38,384 nucleotides of DNA from a virus (IMGVR_UViG_3300017780_002066:1-38384), one strand, 5' to 3'; positions 8,264 to 16,189 are shown, numbered from the stretch's first letter. Made by a program: numbers and translations. The notes: generated by a model from the letters alone, not told the origin.

Positions 8264-8551
8264 ATGGATATGAAAGAGATTATTACTGCCTGGATAATTA
8301 AAGCTAAGCCAAACGATAGTCAAAAGAAACTAGCAGAGGAAAGATATCAAATATGTGAACAATGTCCTGAAAGAAAAAATTTACTTAGTAACCGTAAATG
8401 GTCTGAGCACTGCGGAGAATGTGGTTGCTTATTAGAAGGAAAAGTCTTTACTCGTTCATACGATGCTTGCCCATTGCATAAATGGCTACCAGTAGAAGCT
8501 AAATATTTAAGCGAAATCTCTATAGTAAAAAAAAATAAAACAATTATATGA
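8264..8551 (+). CDS. Small Cys-rich (DUF6171-like) metal-binding protein with basic-TII tail
   Basis: RYQICEQCP...CGECGC...CPLHKW; start reassigned to 8264 (or 8270) by alignment with paralog 19087..19320. Confidence 0.7.
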   Translation: MDMKEIITAWIIKAKPNDSQKKLAEERYQICEQCPERKNLLSNRKWSEHCGECGCLLEGKVFTRSYDACPLHKWLPVEAKYLSEISIVKKNKTII

Positions 8552-9084
8552 TCCCCGGCTTAATTCAAATAGAGGACTTTTTAAAAAACGTAGATGAGAT
8601 TAGAGATCAAGCTTTGAATTTAAAGTACACCCCAGCATTCGAAGAACAAGGATGGAAAGGTTATAGATGTCTAGAACGTAATGAACTAACTACAAAGGTA
8701 ACTGAGTTAGTTAAAGCAGAGTTATCTAAACGAGATGATAAGTTTACTACTGCGGACTACGATTGCTACTTTCATTACACATTACAAAATACTGTAAAAG
8801 AAAAAGGATATTATAAAAACCGTATACATAAAGACCGTCTTAAAGATTACGCAGGAGTTATCTACTTAGCTACAAATCCTATTTCTAATTCTGGAACAGC
8901 TTTTTACGATGAAAACTATATTCAGGTAGCTGAAAGTAAAAATAAATACAATACACTAGTATGTTACCCGGCTAATGTTAACCATGGAATACAAGAACCG
9001 TTTGGGGACTCAAAAGAAAATGGTAGATTGACTTTCACAATTTTTATTGGATTTAAACAGAAGCAATCTAAAACGTTAATATGA
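8548..9084 (+). CDS. 2OG-Fe(II) oxygenase (DUF6445-like)
   Basis: IHKD...YAGVIYL...GTAFY...YNTLVCY...HG...RLT: HxD...H triad plus Arg. Confidence 0.8.
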   Translation: MIPGLIQIEDFLKNVDEIRDQALNLKYTPAFEEQGWKGYRCLERNELTTKVTELVKAELSKRDDKFTTADYDCYFHYTLQNTVKEKGYYKNRIHKDRLKDYAGVIYLATNPISNSGTAFYDENYIQVAESKNKYNTLVCYPANVNHGIQEPFGDSKENGRLTFTIFIGFKQKQSKTLI

Positions 9085-9692
9085 TAACAATCCAGCAATA
9101 TAAAATATCAGATACACTTTCTGTTTATAAGGCTAAGTACGACTGGGAGTATGGACGAGACGAGATCGCATATAGAGTAAAGCAAAACAAATGGCTCTTA
9201 GGTACAACAGACTTTAATACAACTGAAATAAAAGTTAGAAGCGCTGAAATTGACTCTGTAATAGATTACGGAGTACGTATTGCAATGAAGCTATCAGGAA
9301 TAGATACCCTACATGATCGAGCTTGGACAGGAAAGACTTGGAGCTATATTCAAGATAAAAACTCGCAAGATCCTGAAAAAGGATTTCATGTTCATACATC
9401 TACTATTAACTTTCCAGATACTAGAGTAAATGCACCAATACTAACAGATTGGACCTATTGCTTTTATCTACAAGTACCTGATGACTTAAAAGAAAACGAA
9501 GGAAGTTTACTTCTAAAAGATAAGAGTAGTAAGGTTTATGCTATAAAGCCAGAAGAAGGAGATTTTATCTTCTTTAAAGGAGATGTAGAACATAGGCCAA
9601 AACTAGCTCCTAATTCAAAAGGAGTTAGAATAGCCATCTGCTCTAATATTAGCTTTAATATAACAGAAATTAAAAGTGGTAATATACGATAA
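9081..9692 (+). CDS. Putative 2OG-Fe(II) oxygenase
   Basis: FHVH...CFYLQVP...PEEGDFIFF...EHRP...RIAICSNI. Confidence 0.75.
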   Translation: MITIQQYKISDTLSVYKAKYDWEYGRDEIAYRVKQNKWLLGTTDFNTTEIKVRSAEIDSVIDYGVRIAMKLSGIDTLHDRAWTGKTWSYIQDKNSQDPEKGFHVHTSTINFPDTRVNAPILTDWTYCFYLQVPDDLKENEGSLLLKDKSSKVYAIKPEEGDFIFFKGDVEHRPKLAPNSKGVRIAICSNISFNITEIKSGNIR

Positions 9693-10128
9693 TTTATTTC
9701 CGGAAGACTTTTTCGAAGCTATTAAAGTAGAAGGTAAGTATTCTATTGAAGAGGGTCAACAAGACTGTTACAGATTTCGTACCCTTCCTGGTGAATTTGC
9801 AGTAGGTGTAGAGAATTTTCTACTAGGAGTAGGAGTAGAACATCAAGGAGATAAGATGATTATTAGTAAAAGACCTACAGGCTTTATAACAAAGTATAGC
9901 CGGTTTCTAGACGAAAATTTCTCTGTCTTTGTCTATTTTATAAATGAAAATTACACAGGAGGTGAACTTATGTACGAGAAACAAGTAATTAAACCTTTAC
10001 AGAATAGAGGAATATACTTTGACAATATAGATAAATTTGAACTGACAACAGTAACAGAAGGTACCCAGTACATACTAATATCTTATTTTAGAAAAAATAC
10101 AATAAAACAGAAAAAGACACTAATATAA
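9676..10128 (+). CDS. Degenerate prolyl-hydroxylase-like 2OG-Fe(II) oxygenase fold
   Basis: VYFINENYTGGELMY...IKP...VTEGTQY; metal-binding His residues absent. Confidence 0.6.
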   Translation: MVIYDNLFPEDFFEAIKVEGKYSIEEGQQDCYRFRTLPGEFAVGVENFLLGVGVEHQGDKMIISKRPTGFITKYSRFLDENFSVFVYFINENYTGGELMYEKQVIKPLQNRGIYFDNIDKFELTTVTEGTQYILISYFRKNTIKQKKTLI

Positions 10129-10188
10129 AATATATAAAGTGCTTCAGGCTGATATTTATACATAAACGAATTAATTTAAACTCATAAT

Positions 10189-12117
10189 ATGAAAGCTGTT
10201 TTAATAGGAAGTGATTTCTTACTTGATAACGACGGAAATGCAAAACTGGTAGAATTTAATACCAGCGCTGGAGCCTTCCAAAGTATGGTACCTCACTTAG
10301 ATTTTACTGAATTAGAAAACCTTTTACAGGTAAACTCTATAGCAGAGCTTGTTTATATCTTCAATGACGAACAGGTAGTTACGGACCCTAGCTTTAGAGC
10401 AAATATTACAATTGGTAGCGACTTGCAGAATCTCTGCTCAAATCTTGGCATTACCTACACACCCTACCAGGTAAATACGTATTCAACCACAGTACCGTAT
10501 ATTGAGGATAGCCCTACAAAGTTTATACTAAGACAAGCGTTTGATTCAACAGCTTTAATAGATGACGAGTATTGTGCAGATAAAGCAAACTTACAGGTCC
10601 TAATTAAAGATGAATCTTATGCAATACCTACATATATTAATAATCCTGGATACGAACTGAATACGTTAACAACATATAACGAAAATACTACACCAAATAT
10701 TGTAGTTAAGTCTAGACTTCCTCAATACGATGCTAAGGTATACCCGGAAGTACACTCTATAGGTAGCCAAGCAGATTTAGATAACTTAAAGCAAAATACA
10801 ACACATCCTTATTTTATACAAGAGTTTGTTAATTCAACTAATAACGTAAAAGAGGGAAGATATTGTATTATTAGAAGTCTTGATTTAGTATACGGAGCAA
10901 ACTTAGATACTATGCATTTAGGTTCATACCACCAGTCCTCACAATACGCTTTGGATATATGGCCGGATGAACTTCAAGCGAACTCGACTGCCTTAACAAA
11001 TAAATCTAGAGTTAAATGGATTTCTAAGTTAGCAACTGACGAGCAGAAAGGTATATACCATATCGACGAAGACACTAAAATTATAACCGGCACCGGAGCT
11101 TATATAACAATCGATCAAGTAGAACAAGGTACAGTAGTTAAGTCTGCTAACTTTAGTAATTTTCCTACAGGATCTACAGTTAATGTATTTGCATATTCTT
11201 CTTCTTTCCAAGAGATGCAAGACTCCTTAGAAGTTAATACAGCAACAGTAGTAGGCTTTAAAAGTTCAAGCTTAGAAACAGTTTACATAAATGTAACTTT
11301 AGATAGCGGTATTAATTGGGATGACTCTACAAGATCAACTTTTTATACAGAAGATAGCGGAAGTTTAATTACACGTTTTAGATCCTTAGGTCAAGCTAGT
11401 TTAGGAGATAAAGTTATTCTTTTAGATGTTAGCTCAAATGAACTTGTAAAGCAAGAAATAACTGCATTAGAAGCTGTGTACGATACGAAGATAACATATG
11501 AAATGGATGTTGAGGAGCAGGATATATTCTTATCACTTTTAGATGAGGATACTAACATAGCGTTAGTTCAACATAACCCATGTTGGTGCGAAGGATGGAA
11601 TTGCGGGTATTATAGCTGTTATAACTCCTGTGCTGGATGTGGCGGCGGAGGCTGTTTTATCGGAGAAGCAATGGTTACAACACCAGACGGCCAGAAAGAA
11701 ATAAAAGATATTGAAATCGGAGATATAGTTCAATCCTATGATTTTGTTAAAAACGAACTTGTTACAAAGAGAGTAAAAGGATTATGGAAATCTGATTATA
11801 ATAATAAGTTAGTAATAATAAACGGAATAAAAACTAAAGCAACAATAGGACATCCATTTGCGATAAAAGATTTTGAAGGAAATGTAAACTGGGCAGCTGT
11901 AGATCCGAAAGCAGATAAAGAATTCCATAAAGACTATGAAGTCTATCAATTAGAGACTGGTAAATATTTTATTAACCTTATGGGTGATTGGGTAATTGTA
12001 GATTCTATCGAATTTGAAGATTTTAAAGGTATAGTTTACAATATATCAGTTGAAGATACTCATAACTACGTAGCAGAAGGTCTCTTAGTTCATAACATGG
12101 CGAAAAAATTTCAATAA
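10189..12117 (+). CDS. Circularly permuted ATP-grasp - Hint - Cys-rich peptide - Hint fusion (putative autoprocessing precursor)
   Basis: GSDFLLDNDGNAKLVEFN precedes DK, IVVKS, FIQEFV; Hint1 HIDEDTKIIT...TYEMDVE...VQHN; peptide; Hint2 CFIGEAMVTT...ATIGHPF...VYNISVEDTHNYVAEGLLVHN. Confidence 0.8.
   Translation: MKAVLIGSDFLLDNDGNAKLVEFNTSAGAFQSMVPHLDFTELENLLQVNSIAELVYIFNDEQVVTDPSFRANITIGSDLQNLCSNLGITYTPYQVNTYSTTVPYIEDSPTKFILRQAFDSTALIDDEYCADKANLQVLIKDESYAIPTYINNPGYELNTLTTYNENTTPNIVVKSRLPQYDAKVYPEVHSIGSQADLDNLKQNTTHPYFIQEFVNSTNNVKEGRYCIIRSLDLVYGANLDTMHLGSYHQSSQYALDIWPDELQANSTALTNKSRVKWISKLATDEQKGIYHIDEDTKIITGTGAYITIDQVEQGTVVKSANFSNFPTGSTVNVFAYSSSFQEMQDSLEVNTATVVGFKSSSLETVYINVTLDSGINWDDSTRSTFYTEDSGSLITRFRSLGQASLGDKVILLDVSSNELVKQEITALEAVYDTKITYEMDVEEQDIFLSLLDEDTNIALVQHNPCWCEGWNCGYYSCYNSCAGCGGGGCFIGEAMVTTPDGQKEIKDIEIGDIVQSYDFVKNELVTKRVKGLWKSDYNNKLVIINGIKTKATIGHPFAIKDFEGNVNWAAVDPKADKEFHKDYEVYQLETGKYFINLMGDWVIVDSIEFEDFKGIVYNISVEDTHNYVAEGLLVHNMAKKFQ
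11059..11577 (+). other. Hint domain 1 (residues 291-463), N-terminally inactive
   Basis: Aligns to the Hint2 N-terminus with His in place of Cys1; no TxxH; ends YEMDVEEQDIFL...VQHN. Confidence 0.65.
11578..11652 (+). other. 25-aa six-Cys core peptide PCWCEGWNCGYYSCYNSCAGCGGGG
   Basis: Lies exactly between the His-Asn of Hint1 and Cys1 of Hint2. Confidence 0.65.
11653..12096 (+). other. Hint domain 2 (residues 489-636), intein/BIL-like, no endonuclease
   Basis: Cys1, block B TIGH, block F VYNISVE, terminal HN; +1 residue is Met. Confidence 0.9.
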
Positions 12118-12118
12118 T

Positions 12119-12232
12119 ATGGCAAATATAATAAAAACGGTAGTTATTCCTACAACACCAGAAGTAGATTTAAAAGTAAAAAATGTAGTAGAATCGATAC
12201 TAGCGCTAATTAGAGCTAAGCATCTATCGTAG
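12119..12232 (+). CDS. Small hypothetical protein (37 aa, not in ORF track)
   Basis: MANIIKTVVIPTTPEVDLKVKNVVESILALIRAKHLS; starts 1 nt after the precursor stop. Confidence 0.65.
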   Translation: MANIIKTVVIPTTPEVDLKVKNVVESILALIRAKHLS

Positions 12233-12249
12233 TATCTTAAAAAAGTTAT

Positions 12250-12954
12250 ATGTTAGTTGATAATAAGTTTTTGTTTCTAAAGATACCAAGAACAGCTACA
12301 GTAGCATTTGAACGTTCCTGCTTTTTAGCAGGACTTTCTATTAAATACCCTGCCGATAATGTCTTAGCACAAAGACAGGCAGATAAAGGAATTGAACCGT
12401 ATCGACATGCTCACCATCCTGTATCTAAACTTCGAGAATATTTTGGTAACGATTACCCTATTGTAGCAATAACTAGAGATCCTTTAGAAAGGTTTTTATC
12501 TGCCTGGAAGTATACTATTAAACATATTGCAGAAACTAATCCTGAAATATCCAAAGCACTTGAAAAAGTAACTAGTAAGCAGTTTATAAATGCTTGGCAC
12601 TCTGAAATAGGGTACATCGATAATCTTAAGGATATAGAGAAAGCTTCAAATTTTTTTAGGAGACTACTTAAAGGAGGAATTCCTTATAGTAAGAATATTT
12701 TTATGATATTCACTACTGTAATAACAGGGGCTACAAGGTGGCATGAAAACGACCCAAGTATTCTTTACTTTGATATCAAAGATTTAAAAAGTTTAGAAGA
12801 ATATACTAGAGAGGTAACAGGCAAACCCTTTGAACTTATATCAACAAACGATACAGAATTAGTATATACGGATTTAAAAATTGACGAGGAGTTAAAAGAT
12901 TTTTACTTTAAGTTAATAGAACCTCTTTACAAGACTCAAAATACTTTGATATAA
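12250..12954 (+). CDS. Sulfotransferase (Sulfotransfer_2-like)
   Basis: FLKIPRTAT 5'-PAPS loop; RDPLERFLSAW 3'-phosphate motif. Confidence 0.8.
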   Translation: MLVDNKFLFLKIPRTATVAFERSCFLAGLSIKYPADNVLAQRQADKGIEPYRHAHHPVSKLREYFGNDYPIVAITRDPLERFLSAWKYTIKHIAETNPEISKALEKVTSKQFINAWHSEIGYIDNLKDIEKASNFFRRLLKGGIPYSKNIFMIFTTVITGATRWHENDPSILYFDIKDLKSLEEYTREVTGKPFELISTNDTELVYTDLKIDEELKDFYFKLIEPLYKTQNTLI

Positions 12955-12966
12955 CAGTATACTTTA

Positions 12967-12998
12967 GTTGCTTTTTTAAAAGACAATTCGTACCTTAA
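12967..12998 (+). promoter_or_regulatory. Conserved phage promoter
   Basis: GTTG-N18-CGTACCTTAA upstream of the halogenase. Confidence 0.7.
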
Positions 12999-13019
12999 TA
13001 AAAAAGAAAGAACGTTGAT

Positions 13020-14552
13020 ATGAAAAAAATAGTTATATTAGGAGGAGGAACAGCAGGCTGGTTAACAGCTCTATATGCAAAACATCTTTTTGATAAAGCA
13101 GAAGTTACATTAGTAGAAAGTTCAGAAATAGGAATATTAGGCGCTGGGGAAGGATCAGTACCCTTATTACCCCTTTTCCTACAGACTCTAGGGATACCTC
13201 TAGGAGAGTTTAAGAGAGAGGCCCACGCCACTTTCAAAACGGGTATTAGGTTTACTAACTGGAAAGGAGATGGTACAAGCTACTTACACCCTTTTACAGC
13301 ACCTCCTGGTTCTACTTTAGATTTTCAAACAATACATTCTCTAGGATTTAATCATGCAAAGAAAATACCTAATACTAATAAAGCATACTACATCCTTAAT
13401 GCACTAGCAAATAAAGAAGACTTAGAAGAAGTAATACCAACAAATGTATTAGTTAATAACCAGAAGAGCCCATTTTATACAGAAGATAATAAAACACTAA
13501 CCTCCTCAGGTTATTCCTTTCACTTTAATGCCCGTAAGGCAGCTATATACTTAGCAAAAGTTGGGGAGAGTAGAGGTATTAAGAGAGTTGATTCAAAACT
13601 TACAAAGATCTCTTCTAAAGAAGACGGAACGATTACTTCAATAGAACTTAAAAATAAACAAATTTTAGATTTAGATTTTATATTTGACTGTAGCGGCTTT
13701 AGTAGACTCCTTATAGGTAACTTCTATAAAACAGAATGGATTTCCTATAAGAAATACCTTACAACAGATTCAGCAGTACCCTTCTTTATACCCCATAAAG
13801 AAAAAATAGTACGTCCAGAAACAAACTGTATTGCTATGAAGCATGGCTGGATGTGGCAGATACCGGTAAAACATAGATGGGGGATGGGTTACTCTTTCGA
13901 TAGTAACTACATAACTCCTGAACAAGCTTATGATGAAATTGAAGAAGTATTAGGACATCCTATAGAAAGGTTAGGTAAAGTATTTCAATTTAATGCCGGA
14001 AGGTATAAAGATGTTTGGGTTAAGAATTGTATGGCAGTTGGTTTGAGCTCTGGATTTGTGGAGCCTTTAGAAGCCACCTCGTTAATGATTGCAATCATGC
14101 AACTAATTAACTTAGATACATCTATGATAGTAGAAAATAATAAAGAAGATACAGATCAATATAACAAAGCTATTGCATTGTTAAACCACGAAGTGATGTG
14201 CTTCTTATATTACCACTTTAGTACAATAAGAGAAGATACTCCGTTTTGGAAAAACTATAAAGACAAGACTAATGTACCGCCAGGATTAGATAAGATGTTA
14301 AAAATATGGGAAAGAAGAAATCCTAAAGATTTAGATTTATTTGAACTAACAGGAGGAGCAGTTTTTGGTATCTATAGCTGGTACATAGTAGGAGCAGGAA
14401 ATGGAACGCTTAATATGGAACTTATAGAAAAAGAAAATAAACTTTTAGGTTTAGATGAAAAATTAAAACCCTTTAAAGATAAATTAAAAAAATACCTAAA
14501 AGAAGTTGTTGATAACTCTATAGATAATATACAGATTCAACATGGAGATTAG
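13020..14552 (+). CDS. Flavin-dependent tryptophan halogenase family protein
   Basis: GGGTAG, GAGEG, ATFKTGIRF (catalytic Lys), WMWQIP (WxWxIP), GFVEPLEATS. Confidence 0.92.
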   Translation: MKKIVILGGGTAGWLTALYAKHLFDKAEVTLVESSEIGILGAGEGSVPLLPLFLQTLGIPLGEFKREAHATFKTGIRFTNWKGDGTSYLHPFTAPPGSTLDFQTIHSLGFNHAKKIPNTNKAYYILNALANKEDLEEVIPTNVLVNNQKSPFYTEDNKTLTSSGYSFHFNARKAAIYLAKVGESRGIKRVDSKLTKISSKEDGTITSIELKNKQILDLDFIFDCSGFSRLLIGNFYKTEWISYKKYLTTDSAVPFFIPHKEKIVRPETNCIAMKHGWMWQIPVKHRWGMGYSFDSNYITPEQAYDEIEEVLGHPIERLGKVFQFNAGRYKDVWVKNCMAVGLSSGFVEPLEATSLMIAIMQLINLDTSMIVENNKEDTDQYNKAIALLNHEVMCFLYYHFSTIREDTPFWKNYKDKTNVPPGLDKMLKIWERRNPKDLDLFELTGGAVFGIYSWYIVGAGNGTLNMELIEKENKLLGLDEKLKPFKDKLKKYLKEVVDNSIDNIQIQHGD

Positions 14553-14928
14553 TAAATTTACACTTGTAGTAATTAAAGGAAGAGGTACTGGGGTTTTCTC
14601 AAATGTTTACCTTAACGCAGAAGATTTAGTAGGTACTTATGTAGAAAATAAACCTAATAGAATAGGGAGAAAACTCACAGGCACTTTATGGGAAGCTGAC
14701 CCTTTAGGTAGATTCTGTAACCACAGTGAACGTCCTAACGCTACGTTAGTACAAACTGAAACTGGATACAATCTATACGCTAATAGACCTATTGATAAAG
14801 GCGACGAAATTACGGTTAGTTACCATGTAGTAGAATTTAAACTAGGACGACCTAAAGGTGAGTATTATAAGCCAGGCTTTACAGATAAGATTTACACTAA
14901 ATTCGGCAAGTCAGTATGCGAATATTAA
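14542..14928 (+). CDS. SET domain methyltransferase
   Basis: GRGTGVF, RFCNHSERPNA, ANRPIDKGDEITVSY. Confidence 0.88.
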   Translation: MEISKFTLVVIKGRGTGVFSNVYLNAEDLVGTYVENKPNRIGRKLTGTLWEADPLGRFCNHSERPNATLVQTETGYNLYANRPIDKGDEITVSYHVVEFKLGRPKGEYYKPGFTDKIYTKFGKSVCEY

Positions 14929-15479
14929 TCTACGCTCTACCTAGAACAGGTTCTAACAACCTTACACATTATATAGCAAATTCTCTACACTATAAAGAAA
15001 TTATAGAACCTTATAACGAAAATCGGTTTTGGGACAAAGACTTAACTGAGTTTGATATTTGGGAAAGAGATAACGTAGTAGTCAAAATGATGCTTGAACA
15101 AGGAGAAGAGAAATATAAAGACGTATCTGCTAAATTTGATAAAACAGTTATAATATATAGAGAGAATATTATTGAACAAGCAGAAAGTTTTGTTCATGCT
15201 ACCAAGTCTATTGATTGGCATGCTCCCTATGTATACGACCCATCTAAAGTAGATCAGAATGAGTATTTAGAAACTCTAGATAAATTTAATAGCCGTTTAG
15301 AAAACATTAAAAGCTACAACCACTTTACAGTAACTTACGAAAACCTATATCTTTCTGGAATAGATAGAGATAGGGTAGATGAGTATATAGGTATAACTAA
15401 TAAATCATTTCGCTTTATGCTTGATAGTCGAAATAAGTACAGAAAGAGTAGCGTAGAGGAAAAGAGAACTCTAATATAG
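14916..15479 (+). CDS. Sulfotransferase (Stf0-like P-loop)
   Basis: ALPRTGSNNL, EPYN, YRENIIEQAES, TYENL. Confidence 0.72.
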   Translation: MRILIYALPRTGSNNLTHYIANSLHYKEIIEPYNENRFWDKDLTEFDIWERDNVVVKMMLEQGEEKYKDVSAKFDKTVIIYRENIIEQAESFVHATKSIDWHAPYVYDPSKVDQNEYLETLDKFNSRLENIKSYNHFTVTYENLYLSGIDRDRVDEYIGITNKSFRFMLDSRNKYRKSSVEEKRTLI

Positions 15480-15510
15480 TTGTTTTTTATCGTATTTTTT
15501 CGTATCTTAA
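15479..15510 (+). promoter_or_regulatory. Conserved phage promoter
   Basis: GTTG-N18-CGTATCTTAA; overlaps the TAG of the previous gene. Confidence 0.75.
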
Positions 15511-15514
15511 TTAT

Positions 15515-15625
15515 ATGGAAAATCAAGGAAGAAGACCCGATCAAGTTAAGTTCTCACAAGATGCTGCTTTTTGGGCGCTAGTAGGATTAGGAATAACTTT
15601 ACTATATACAATCATAAAATCATAA
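15515..15625 (+). CDS. Small membrane protein (36 aa, not in ORF track)
   Basis: MENQGRRPDQVKFSQDAAFWALVGLGITLLYTIIKS. Confidence 0.6.
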   Translation: MENQGRRPDQVKFSQDAAFWALVGLGITLLYTIIKS

Positions 15626-15628
15626 GTT

Positions 15629-16180
15629 ATGAAAGTAGAATTTGCAGATAGTTTTTTTGATAGTTTAAAAACTCTATCAAGACACAATACCTGGTGGTAT
15701 AAGACTTATAAATTCTTACGATGGGATATAAAACATTTCATCCAAAACGTATGGACGTTCCGAAAAGAATTATGGGATCATAGATGGTGGGATTATAGGT
15801 TTACTTTAAACTTATTTGAACGCTCTCTTCAGGTACAGGAAAAAGGTATGAGGATTGGAGGGAATGAAATATCGGAGACTAGAGATCCTAAGTTAAAAGC
15901 AATGCGTAGGGTATTAGAGTTGCTTAAGAATAATAGAGAAGATAATTACGTTGATAGAGCAGAAGAAGAACTAGGGCAGTTACAAAACTTAGGAGGTTTT
16001 TTAGAAGGTATTGACGATACTCCAGCTCAAGTAAAACATAATAGAAAAGTATTTGTTAGAGCTAGACAAATAGAAAAAGAGGAGTGGAAAGAGCTTTGGA
16101 CTATCTTAGAAGGAACAAAGCGTTCAAGAAAGGTTGGAGACGAATATGATGGAAGTGATATGAGAGGTTGGTGGGATTAG
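15629..16180 (+). CDS. Hypothetical phage protein
   Basis: Trp-rich ORF ending GWWD. Confidence 0.8.
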   Translation: MKVEFADSFFDSLKTLSRHNTWWYKTYKFLRWDIKHFIQNVWTFRKELWDHRWWDYRFTLNLFERSLQVQEKGMRIGGNEISETRDPKLKAMRRVLELLKNNREDNYVDRAEEELGQLQNLGGFLEGIDDTPAQVKHNRKVFVRARQIEKEEWKELWTILEGTKRSRKVGDEYDGSDMRGWWD

Positions 16181-16189
16181 AATTAAAGT

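Noticed and set aside
11653-12096. Hint2 as an ordinary selfish intein
   Set aside because: It has no homing endonuclease, the +1 residue is Met, and the C-extein is only 6 aa, so it is more like a BIL/autoprocessing domain
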